Both the position numbers and the translations under genes were made by a program. Below are positions 34,207 through 41,530 of a DNA stretch of 41,530 nt, in pieces. The notes beneath the pieces were generated by a model. That model worked only from the letters and a program-made list of their open reading frames with translations. It was not told the DNA's origin and did no database searches. Each line of letters starts with the position of its first letter. Position 1 is the stretch's first letter. This stretch comes from a virus (Duplodnaviria > Caudoviricetes). The stretch is from IMG/VR virus record IMGVR_UViG_3300037047_000316, positions 1-41,530 of that record. One strand, given 5' to 3'.

Positions 34207-35202
34207 CTAAGCTTTGACCAGGTCGAAGCCTACGAGGAGGAGCTTGCCGCCCTCTTCCTTGTAGCTGACCTCTATCTCGGAGCCGGTCATGCTCTCGGCC
34301 CGCTGCGCGGCCGGCGCGGAGGCCGTTCCGTACAGGGCGGTGGAGCCCTTGAGCTTCACGCCGTAGCGCATGCCGGCGGCGGTCTTGGCGCTCTTGATCG
34401 TCTCGATGATGCCGCGGGCGGTCTTGACGGGCGCGGGCTGGCCAGCGGGCTGAGCCGCGGCGGCCGGCGCGGAGGCCGCGGGCTTCTCCGGGGCCGCGAC
34501 TATGGCGGGGATGGGCACGTCCTTGCCGCTTTCCAGCCAGGTCAGCAGGGTCTTGCCGGTCTCCTTGGTGATCTTGAAGAACTGGCCGTCGAACAGGCCG
34601 GTGCGGTCCTTGGTGGTGCTGGCGATGTGGTCCGGGTTGGTGATGTCCATCATCACGGTGAACTCGTACTCCATGCCGTCGCGCTGCACCGGGGCCAGGC
34701 CGACCTTGCGGATGATCGTCTTGCCGTGCTCGTTCTTTTCCTGGACGTACTCCTGCTTGGAGCGCATGGTGGCGATGACGTGGCAGGGGCTCTGCAGCAT
34801 GCTCTCCACCAGGGCGTTATGCTCCGGGGTGACCTTGCGCCAGGCGGCGTAGCTGTTGCCGCCGGTGTCGGCCATCCTGCCCTGCTTGTCCAGCAGGCCG
34901 CCGTCGCCGGCCCAGGCGTGGCTGAGGCTGTCGAGGATGACCGTGGTGTAGCCGGAGGTCTCAAACATGTTGAGCGCCTCCTTGTACTTCGCCACGGTGA
35001 AAGGCGCCTTGATGGGGATGATGTCGTATTCCCCGAGGTGGCTGTAGAGGTCGCCGCTGCCGTTCTCGGTGTCCACCATGCCGATCTTGCCGCCGATGCC
35101 GAAGGCCAGCATGAGCGCCGAGTAGGTTTTACCCGCGCCGCTGACGGAGGCTATGCCGAGCCTCAACTTCGCTTTCCGTCTTTCCGCTTTTCTGATTTCC
35201 AT
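34207..35202 (-). CDS. Sak4-like AAA ATPase (single-strand annealing recombinase, AAA_24)
   Basis: SGAGKTYSAL, VDTENGS, VILDSLSHAW, VIATMRSK and QRDGMEYEFT motifs. Confidence 0.9.
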   Translation of the reverse strand: MEIRKAERRKAKLRLGIASVSGAGKTYSALMLAFGIGGKIGMVDTENGSGDLYSHLGEYDIIPIKAPFTVAKYKEALNMFETSGYTTVILDSLSHAWAGDGGLLDKQGRMADTGGNSYAAWRKVTPEHNALVESMLQSPCHVIATMRSKQEYVQEKNEHGKTIIRKVGLAPVQRDGMEYEFTVMMDITNPDHIASTTKDRTGLFDGQFFKITKETGKTLLTWLESGKDVPIPAIVAAPEKPAASAPAAAAQPAGQPAPVKTARGIIETIKSAKTAAGMRYGVKLKGSTALYGTASAPAAQRAESMTGSEIEVSYKEEGGKLLLVGFDLVKA

Positions 35203-35246
35203 TGTAGTCTCTCCTTTCGTTTGAGTTTTGGGGTTTTAAGTTGAAC

Positions 35247-35993
35247 TTAAATAGAGATGACGCCCAGTCGCTTGAGCTCGAAGAAGCAGCGGGCTGTGGC
35301 CGCTATGTCGGCCGCGGCGTTGTGCGCCTCGGAGAAGTTCTCTCCGAACAGCTTGACGTGGAGTTCTTGGAGCTTGGGCCACTTGGGACCGCGAGGGCCA
35401 TTGAGATTGCAGTACCTGGCGGAGGCCGTCATGGTGCAGATCTTGCGGCGCGGAGGAACAACAGCCGGGATACCGAGGCGCACGAACTCGGCGGCGATTA
35501 TCTTCTCGTCAAAGTTCATGTTGTGCGCTACAAGAATCTCAGCCTGGCTGATGCGCTCGTGAAGCAGCTCCAGGACCACCTGCAGGTCCTTGCCTTCGAA
35601 CATGGCCTTGTCGGTGGTGATGCCGTGGATCCTGGCGGCCTGGTCAGGGATGGTAAAGCCGGAGGGCTTTACGATGGAGCTGTCTCCGTCCACCTTGTTG
35701 CCCTCGGTGTCGTAGGCCAGCCAGGCCAGCTGCACCAAGCGGGGCCAGTTGTCCAGGTCCGTTATTTTGGCATCGTAACGCTTGGGGAGGCCGGTGGTTT
35801 CAGTGTCGAAGAATAAGTACATGGCGGTTTCCTTTTTGTCCGGCTGGCCCTTGAGGTAGGCCATGAACTTCTCCGGAGCGTCGAATGTTAGTTTCTTAAG
35901 CTTCATCGCCTCGAAGTTCAGCGCCTTCTTGTTGCACAGCATGATCTCTATCACGCTCAGGTCCTGGTACTTCGGCGGCATTTTTATCTGCAT
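35247..35993 (-). CDS. DEDDh 3'-5' exonuclease (DnaQ-like)
   Basis: FFDTETTGLP, VAHNMNFD and AHNAAADI motifs; start MQIKM behind AGGAG (alternative start at MYLFFD). Confidence 0.9.
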   Translation of the reverse strand: MQIKMPPKYQDLSVIEIMLCNKKALNFEAMKLKKLTFDAPEKFMAYLKGQPDKKETAMYLFFDTETTGLPKRYDAKITDLDNWPRLVQLAWLAYDTEGNKVDGDSSIVKPSGFTIPDQAARIHGITTDKAMFEGKDLQVVLELLHERISQAEILVAHNMNFDEKIIAAEFVRLGIPAVVPPRRKICTMTASARYCNLNGPRGPKWPKLQELHVKLFGENFSEAHNAAADIAATARCFFELKRLGVISI

Positions 35994-36041
35994 ACTCTCC
36001 TGTCTGTTGCCGGGCCAGTTGGAGGCACGGCTTAAAACTTG

Positions 36042-36127
36042 CGGCGGCGGGCGGGAATTGTTCACCCGCTTTGCCTTCGCCCCGGATAAGAACTTCTCAA
36101 AACTCCGGAGCCGTACGTCACACCGCC
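36042..36127 (-). ncRNA. Degenerate tRNA-like structured RNA
   Basis: 7-bp acceptor-like stem GGCGGTG/CGCCGCC; T-arm-like GCGGG-N9-CCCGC; long central stem GCTCCGGA/TCCGGGGC; no canonical TTCGA loop. Confidence 0.4.
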
Positions 36128-36214
36128 TAAATTGGTGCCGGGACCCTGGGGGTTTGGGTTAGGGGGTTGGGCCCCGGCATTTGCGGTTCATAACGCCGCA
36201 AATCTTTTACTTTC

Positions 36215-36466
36215 TTACTTTCCTACTATGGCGAACCCGTTGAAACCCCACCGCACCAGCTGGCCGCCGAAGTACAGCGCCGCGGTTATCACCAGGGCGT
36301 TCTCGGTGCGGAAGATCCGGCGCAGCGCCCTGCAGAACTTGCCGGCGTACCACTTCACGTCCTCGCGCAGCGCGGCCTTCCAGCAGAGGCCGTGGGTGTA
36401 AAGCCCCGAGCCGTCCTCTTTGCCGATGACGTGGTGGGGGGTGCAGTAGCAGCACATGCGAGTCAT
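36215..36466 (-). CDS. Cys-rich protein with C-terminal TM segment (83 aa)
   Basis: AAGGAGATATATG start; CCYC...THGLC motif. Confidence 0.6.
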   Translation of the reverse strand: MTRMCCYCTPHHVIGKEDGSGLYTHGLCWKAALREDVKWYAGKFCRALRRIFRTENALVITAALYFGGQLVRWGFNGFAIVGK

Positions 36467-36474
36467 ATATCTCC

Positions 36475-36684
36475 TTACCTGTAGCGCTTGTTCAGTTCGC
36501 CGCCGGAGCCGTTCTTGTAGCCCCAGGCCGCGAAGTCCGCCAGCCGGAACCGCTTCACCCGGCCGAAGCGCATAAAGCTGATCTTGCCCGAGTCCGCCCA
36601 GGTGAGCACCGTGCGCCAGCCGTTCCTGGGGCTGAGCTTGAGCGCGGCGGCTACTTCCTGCGCGGTCAAAAATATATCGCTCAT
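36475..36684 (-). CDS. xis: Excisionase-like HTH (HTH_17) protein
   Basis: FLTAQEVAAALKL...TVLTWADSGKI...RFGRVKRFR. Confidence 0.75.
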   Translation of the reverse strand: MSDIFLTAQEVAAALKLSPRNGWRTVLTWADSGKISFMRFGRVKRFRLADFAAWGYKNGSGGELNKRYR

Positions 36685-37181
36685 GATATTGACCTCCTGT
36701 CGGCAAAACGCTTGCGATTGTTTTCTGATAGGGTGAGCCATTGGCAATTGCTTGGCTCATAATTTCCATCTGGATTAATTCGGTCTATCGTGAGATTTTC
36801 AGCGTAGCCGTGAGATATGGCCCAATCGTAAAACCGCTTAAAGTCACCGTTCCACGCTTCGCAAACCGCGATGCCTTTTGCCCCATAACAGTTGAACCTA
36901 ATGGTGTGTGGGTTGCTGCAGCGAGCTTTCATCGCCGACCAGATTCGATGCAGCCGGGTGTTGTATAGGCCATGAGTCCGGTGTGTTTCCTTTCTGATTT
37001 CATTTCTGTAGCATCCACAGCTTCTTGTATGCCCAGAGCCCAAATGACCACCAGCCACAAGCACAATATTCCCGCACTCGCAGAGACATTTCCACACACA
37101 GTTGCGGAGACTGTTGATATGCGAAAATTCGGTCACCTGTAGCCTGTGGAATCTGTGACCTACAAGATCCTTGCGTTTCAT
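36681..37181 (-). CDS. HNH homing endonuclease
   Basis: DLVGHRFHRL, WKCLCECGN, SCGC, IWSAMKARC and TIDRINPDGNYEPSNCQW motifs; low GC. Confidence 0.85.
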   Translation of the reverse strand: MKRKDLVGHRFHRLQVTEFSHINSLRNCVWKCLCECGNIVLVAGGHLGSGHTRSCGCYRNEIRKETHRTHGLYNTRLHRIWSAMKARCSNPHTIRFNCYGAKGIAVCEAWNGDFKRFYDWAISHGYAENLTIDRINPDGNYEPSNCQWLTLSENNRKRFADRRSIS

Positions 37182-37453
37182 AGCTTCCCCGGTATGCCTT
37201 CGCTTTCAAAATCCTCTGGGTCAAAGTAGACTTCTAGGGTGTTCATAATGCGTATCACATCGGCAGCTTTTGGCTCGTGGCGCCCAGCAAGAAGATATTC
37301 CATGCGGTCGGCTGAGACCCCAATCTTTTCCGCCATCTCCTTAATAGTCCACCGCTTCATGTGACGGAGGAGGGAGAGTTTGTCCGAGAACTTTAGGGCC
37401 ATAATCGCGTTGTCCCGTCTGTCGAGTACCTGAATCTTCTTGGGTTGACGCAT
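37178..37453 (-). CDS. cro: Cro-like XRE HTH regulator
   Basis: LRHMKRWTIKEMAEKIGVS....YLLAGRHEP; first leftward gene, divergent from cI. Confidence 0.75.
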   Translation of the reverse strand: MRQPKKIQVLDRRDNAIMALKFSDKLSLLRHMKRWTIKEMAEKIGVSADRMEYLLAGRHEPKAADVIRIMNTLEVYFDPEDFESEGIPGKL

Positions 37454-37471
37454 GGTTAAATTCGCTATAAT
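37445..37471 (+). promoter_or_regulatory. Candidate rightward (lysogenic) promoter
   Basis: TTGACG-N15-TATAAT; the hexamers are near consensus but the spacer is short. Confidence 0.35.
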
Positions 37472-37625
37472 CTATAGTTGGCAGCAAAAAATTGGGCCAG
37501 CTCCACGTTATGCTCTTGGCAGAGGTTTTCCGTGAAGCTGGCAGGCCCTTTGTTCGGTGCCTTCTTCGCCTTGCGGCGAATATCGTCTGTGTCGTCTTTG
37601 CCAAGAGCGTTGTCTAGTCTTGAAT

Positions 37626-37655
37626 AGTATTGCACAACATTGTGCAACTTGTCAA
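37626..37655 (-). promoter_or_regulatory. Leftward early lytic promoter with overlapping operator palindrome
   Basis: TTGACA-N18-AATACT with extended -10 TG; perfect inverted repeat TTGCACAA-CA-TTGTGCAA at 37630-37647. Confidence 0.7.
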
Positions 37656-37694
37656 GGGCTTTTTGGCACTGGGGATATTTACGACGGAGGATGT

Positions 37695-38312
37695 ATGTTC
37701 TTTGTTGATTACCTGAAGCGGTGGAATAAGGGCATATCTGATGGTGCTCCGCAACGTCTTGCGGAAAGACTTGGGATAAATCCAGGAACAGTATCGCGAT
37801 GGATAAGCGAGTCAAAGCCTCCGAAAGAGGAGTCACGTAAGCGCGTGGCTGACGAACTGGGAATTACCGTGGCAGAACTTGTCGCCAGCTTTGCCCCGCG
37901 CCATAAAGATTTGTCCGGACCTGAAATGGATGTTGCTTTTGCGGAAGTAATAGGAGTAGTTAGCGCAGAGACGTTTAAAGAACCGTCTGACGATGCTGTG
38001 CGTCTCGATGTTATTGACTATGTCTATAAGCGAAAGCCGGGGCGACGCACTTACGCTCTCCGTATTTCAGGATCTTGCATGGAGCCCAAGGCCAGTGACG
38101 GAGACTATGCGGTTATAGAAGAAACTTCCGATGTCCCAGATGGAGCGTTGGCTGTAATCTGTTGGGATGGCGAATGCACGCTAAAGCGCGTATATCATCG
38201 CTCCGATCATCTAGAGCTGCGCCCGGATAACCCTGAATATAAGATACTTCGACCAAAACTCAAGGACTGTCAGATTATTGGAATAGTAAAGAGCTTTCAC
38301 CGCAAGCCATAA
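37695..38312 (+). CDS. cI: CI-like repressor (XRE HTH plus S24 peptidase-like domain)
   Basis: QRLAERLGINPGTVSRWIS HTH; YALRISGSCMEP, TLKRV and LRPDNPEY; GGAGG RBS. Confidence 0.9.
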   Translation: MFFVDYLKRWNKGISDGAPQRLAERLGINPGTVSRWISESKPPKEESRKRVADELGITVAELVASFAPRHKDLSGPEMDVAFAEVIGVVSAETFKEPSDDAVRLDVIDYVYKRKPGRRTYALRISGSCMEPKASDGDYAVIEETSDVPDGALAVICWDGECTLKRVYHRSDHLELRPDNPEYKILRPKLKDCQIIGIVKSFHRKP

Positions 38313-38321
38313 GGAGAGGAT

Positions 38322-38633
38322 ATGTTCCTGATGTATTTTCTAATCGTGGTGGCGGGTGTATTCTTTGTTGTGAAAATGATTTCCGGCCAAAAGTCTGCTG
38401 GCGCGCCAGCGCAGATCTGCACGGCCTGCGGCAGCATGATCTACCCGGAGAAGGTTACGCGTGGTAGCTTCGTAATGGAGATCGTGCTCTGGCTGCTTTT
38501 TATCCTGCCCGGTCTGATATACAGCATCTGGCGCCTGACCACCAGGAAGGAAGTATGCCCGAAGTGCAAGTCTGATAAGTTTATACCAGCAGACAGTCCT
38601 AAAGGCAGAGAGTTGCAGCGTAATATCGCTTGA
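38322..38633 (+). CDS. Membrane protein with CxxC-hydrophobic-CxxC (LITAF-like) architecture; candidate superinfection-exclusion protein
   Basis: N-terminal TM; CTAC; IVLWLLFILPGLIYSIW; CPKC; co-oriented after cI. Confidence 0.6.
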   Translation: MFLMYFLIVVAGVFFVVKMISGQKSAGAPAQICTACGSMIYPEKVTRGSFVMEIVLWLLFILPGLIYSIWRLTTRKEVCPKCKSDKFIPADSPKGRELQRNIA

Positions 38634-38667
38634 TGACGATATCATTCTCATTTAAGGTCGGACTGAT

Positions 38668-38895
38668 ATGCATAACCCAAAGGAGAAAATTCGCTGTCCA
38701 CGATGTGGGATATCGCTCTACGATAATCCGCCTAAAATAAGTCTCTTGCTGGATTTCGATAAAAAGAACTGCATCGATACGATTTATTGCTCAGTATGCA
38801 ATTCGAATCTTACCAGCTTTCCTGATAAAGGCCGGCACGGCTACTCCGCCATGATCTCCTGCAAGCACAAGGGCACGCCGCCCTGGGAAAAATAA
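38668..38895 (+). CDS. Small Zn-finger protein
   Basis: CPRC...CSVC; ends one base before the integrase start. Confidence 0.45.
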   Translation: MHNPKEKIRCPRCGISLYDNPPKISLLLDFDKKNCIDTIYCSVCNSNLTSFPDKGRHGYSAMISCKHKGTPPWEK

Positions 38896-38896
38896 T

Positions 38897-39928
38897 ATGT
38901 CCAGGATCTACAAGCGGGGAAGCATTCACTGGTACGACGGCTTTGTGGACGGCAAGCGCGTGCGCCGGCCGCTCTCGCCCAGCATTAAGATCGCCCGGCT
39001 CAAGCAGGCCGAGCTGGACCTGGCCGCGGTGGACTCGCGCTACGGCCACCCCGGCGCCAAGTCCAAGCCCTGGCGCTTCTGCGTGGACAAGTACCTGGCC
39101 GCCTCGAGGCACGACATGAGCCCCACCACGCACGCGCACAACGAGCGCGCCTTCAAGATGTTCGAGGAGGCCTTCCACCCGCGCACCATGGCCGACATCA
39201 CCCCGGAGCGCCTCAACGACCTGAAGACGTTCATGGAGGACAAGAAGGTGGGCCTCTACGCCCGCGAGCGCGCCATCCGGGCCCTGAAGGCCGGCATGCG
39301 CCGCATGGAGATAAACGACGTGCTTCCCCCCCAGCGGTGGGACATTGTGCGCAACGTGAAACTGCCGCGGGGCCGGGTGGTGTTCTTCAAGCACGAGGAG
39401 ATGGTGACGCTCCTGAAAGCCTGCCGCAAGCCGCACTGGAAGAGCATCATCCTGCTCGGGGCCCGCTGCGGCTTGCGCGCCGGCGAGATCTACCACCTGC
39501 AGTGGGAGAACGTGCTCTGGAACAAGGGGCCGGACGGCAGCGTGGACATCTGCCCCAAGAAGGACTGGTCGCCTAAAGGGGGCAAGTCGCGCATAGTGCC
39601 CATGACCGCGGAGGTCGCGGCGCACCTGCGCCAGGAGCAGAAGCGGGCGAAGTCGGCTTACGTGGTGGCGGAGGGGGGGTGGCGGCCGTCAGGCATAGAC
39701 TCGGTCGGGCACGTGTTCAGCAAGATCCTGAAGGCGGTGGACCTGCAGGGCTTCATGCACAAGCTGCGCCACACCTACGGCAGCGACCTGGCGCGCGCCG
39801 GCTGTTCGGCCAAGCAGATCGCGGAACTGATGGGTCACTCCTCGCCGCGCATGACGGAGCTGTACATGCACCTGAGCCCGGAGGACGTGTCCGACAAGGC
39901 CCGGCTGCTGCAGCCCTACGGCGCGTGA
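38897..39928 (+). CDS. int: Tyrosine recombinase / phage integrase
   Basis: CGLRAGE (R), PKGGKSR (K), HKLRHTY (HxxR) and LMGHSS..MTELY (H, Y). Confidence 0.95.
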   Translation: MSRIYKRGSIHWYDGFVDGKRVRRPLSPSIKIARLKQAELDLAAVDSRYGHPGAKSKPWRFCVDKYLAASRHDMSPTTHAHNERAFKMFEEAFHPRTMADITPERLNDLKTFMEDKKVGLYARERAIRALKAGMRRMEINDVLPPQRWDIVRNVKLPRGRVVFFKHEEMVTLLKACRKPHWKSIILLGARCGLRAGEIYHLQWENVLWNKGPDGSVDICPKKDWSPKGGKSRIVPMTAEVAAHLRQEQKRAKSAYVVAEGGWRPSGIDSVGHVFSKILKAVDLQGFMHKLRHTYGSDLARAGCSAKQIAELMGHSSPRMTELYMHLSPEDVSDKARLLQPYGA

Positions 39929-39932
39929 GGGC

Positions 39933-39955
39933 TGTGCCATGTTTTGTGCCATGTT
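39933..39955 (+). repeat. Direct repeat TGTGCCATGTT x2, putative integrase arm-binding sites
   Basis: Copies at 39933-39943 and 39945-39955, immediately after the int stop. Confidence 0.6.
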
Positions 39956-40065
39956 GCCGCCGCATTAGACTACGTGGAACTGTACTAAACTGCGGTCAAT
40001 TACATAGGAGAAACGACGGTAAGGCGGGTTCTCATAGGGGAAACCGGAGCCCCGAGGCGGGCTCC

Positions 40066-40083
40066 TAGTCCCGGAGTTCCCGC
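40066..40083 (+). other. Putative attR core: tRNA 3'-end-like fragment
   Basis: (T)AGT-CCCGG-AGTTCCC-G-C parses as T-loop end, T-stem, acceptor strand and discriminator; a terminator follows and the sequence composition changes. Confidence 0.45.
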
Positions 40084-40087
40084 TTTC

Positions 40088-40126
40088 AAGGCCCTGGCAA
40101 AACAGTTTTGCCAGGGCTTTTTGTTT
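40088..40126 (+). terminator. Rho-independent terminator
   Basis: GCCCTGGCAAAAC-A-GTTTTGCCAGGGC followed by TTTTTGTTT. Confidence 0.8.
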
Positions 40127-40234
40127 GGTATAGTTGAATCATTCCGATGTTATGGGGTAATACACACGAGCAAACTAGGGACAGACACTGGTTTAGAATC
40201 TGGGGAGCGGCTCTTAATAACTTGATAATTAATC

Positions 40235-41530
40235 ATGGTTGGGGAATCATTCGTGAAAATATATCTTATTTTTCTGGTTTTGCTTGGGTTGTCCGGGAAT
40301 TACTGCTTTGCAGAGGGGGACGACGGTTCGGAAGAAATATTTATCGGCAAGTTTGCGGCGGTACAGAAGGCGGCAGCGCCTGTTAATACGGGGGTTGCAT
40401 ATCCTCTCTCTATGATCCCGCAACCGGTGGATTTGCGAGGGGGAAGCGTCGCCGGTTCAACCATGAGCTGGCATAGGTCGGAGAAATTGGTGGTTTCAAC
40501 TGACGTTGTATTCTCTGAGCAGTATCGCGGCGGGAGCGAACCGTACATACCTTACGGAGGCCAGTATTGCGGCGGCAGGGTGGCGCATTGGTTCGATGTG
40601 GATGGCTCCACCCTTTCATTTACCGAGGGCAGCAGGGGGCCTGAGTGTGCGGCTCTGCCGATTATGTCCTGGAAGACGAAAGGCGGCAGGGTGGTTTCGG
40701 CCGGCATAGAGCCTCTGCGCGGTTTGGAAGTTAATTCTTTATGGCATGCCGGAGATTACCTCGTTTTTTATGTAGATAGGGCGCCGCAGGCTTTTGGCCT
40801 TGCGTTCTGGAATGTCCAGGACCATAACTGGCACATAGTATCCTCGTTCGATATAGCCTTTTTGCGCAGTATCGAATATGGGGCGGCTTCTTTCGGGCAG
40901 ATCCCCGGGGGCGTTATTCTCAGATCTTCCGGGACGCTGGTGGCGTTCTTCCCGGGGAAGAGGGAGTGGGTGCTGCTGGAGCCCGCTGTCGATAAAGACG
41001 GGCATATACCGCCCGGCCGGGTCAGTTTGCTGGCGGAGGACTTGGTAAAAAAGCCTTTTAATAAAGCTTTCTCTACTGTTCAGGAATTCACTACCGCTTC
41101 AAGTCCGTTGATGGTCGAGCTTCCGAAAGGCAGCGGCAAGGAGGCCTGCTTCTGCTTCTGCGCCGAGATGCAGCTTTCAAAACTGCCGGACGACTATATT
41201 GGGAAAGAATCCATGTCATGGATAGAGAAGAAGCTGGCGGTGGACCAGTTCGGCTGTTTCCTCGTTCCGCGGAACGCACCGGAGCGGGTTATAACTTTAG
41301 GCTTTTTCCCCAGCCGGCGCGGCAGGGACTACAGGGGGGAATGTCTCGGGGTCAACTCGGACGGTATCCTGATCACCCGCGGTATAGGCGATACCTATGG
41401 CGATCAGCAGGTGTTCCAAGGCTATAAAGTGGACACTGTTACCGGCGAAGTCAAAGTGCTGCCAAACGACAGCTACCGAGTCCCCGCAGAAGTGTTGAAG
41501 GATAACCTGGGGGACATGGAGGGGGATTAG
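40235..41530 (+). CDS. Host hypothetical exported protein (start may be GTG at VKIYL)
   Basis: Signal-like VKIYLIFLVLLGLSGNYCFA|E; lies beyond the att region; no recognisable family. Confidence 0.6.
   Translation: MVGESFVKIYLIFLVLLGLSGNYCFAEGDDGSEEIFIGKFAAVQKAAAPVNTGVAYPLSMIPQPVDLRGGSVAGSTMSWHRSEKLVVSTDVVFSEQYRGGSEPYIPYGGQYCGGRVAHWFDVDGSTLSFTEGSRGPECAALPIMSWKTKGGRVVSAGIEPLRGLEVNSLWHAGDYLVFYVDRAPQAFGLAFWNVQDHNWHIVSSFDIAFLRSIEYGAASFGQIPGGVILRSSGTLVAFFPGKREWVLLEPAVDKDGHIPPGRVSLLAEDLVKKPFNKAFSTVQEFTTASSPLMVELPKGSGKEACFCFCAEMQLSKLPDDYIGKESMSWIEKKLAVDQFGCFLVPRNAPERVITLGFFPSRRGRDYRGECLGVNSDGILITRGIGDTYGDQQVFQGYKVDTVTGEVKVLPNDSYRVPAEVLKDNLGDMEGD

Larger units (their letters stand above)
1..40085. 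mobile_element. Integrated temperate prophage (Mu-like head genes, siphovirus-type tail, tyrosine integrase); left end outside the window
   Basis: Contiguous lysis-tail-head-packaging-replication-recombination-CI/Cro-integrase order, with an att-like region directly after the integrase. Confidence 0.95.

Noticed and set aside
36042-36127. Functional tRNA gene
   Set aside because: Lacks the TTCRA T-loop, D-loop GG and a 7-nt anticodon loop; kept only as a tRNA-like structure.
37341-37836. Minus-strand ORFs 37341-37604 and 37465-37836
   Set aside because: They overlap cI, cro and the promoters, lack an RBS, and the region is better explained as a structured leader.
1-39928. Stop-codon reassignment
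   Set aside because: Core genes are full length in the standard code, and TAG, TGA and TAA all serve as stops at coupled gene junctions.

Overview
Almost the whole window (1 to about 40,085) is one integrated temperate siphophage-like prophage in a high-GC host. Tail-fibre repeat motifs suggest an Elusimicrobiota-like host, which is an inference. From the right end: a putative attR (tRNA-3'-like fragment plus terminator) and a tyrosine integrase; a CI/Cro switch; a leftward early operon (HNH, excisionase, DEDDh exonuclease, Sak4/SSB/PD-(D/E)XK recombination module, RuvC-like resolvase, ParB-like protein, DUF4373-type replication initiator with iterons, many small Zn-finger proteins); a late promoter with tandem terminators; a Mu-like head module (TerS, TerL, portal-MuF fusion, protease/scaffold, DUF2190, MCP); a non-contractile tail module; and a lysis cassette. 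The left att is outside the window, and one host gene lies at the right. The most striking signal is that five genes in the late operon start with textbook Sec signal peptides. They include the tail fibre, its likely tip adhesin and two head/neck-region proteins, which suggests virion parts that are exported and attached outside the cytoplasm. Other oddities are a TerL with three altered ATPase motifs, a CI lacking both the Ala-Gly site and the catalytic Ser, a shared boxA-like GCTCTTGGCA element after the early and late promoters with 14-nt early/late complementarity, a low-GC swapped module inside the tail fibre, and a tRNA-like intergenic RNA. All family assignments come from motifs recognised by eye; no searches were run.
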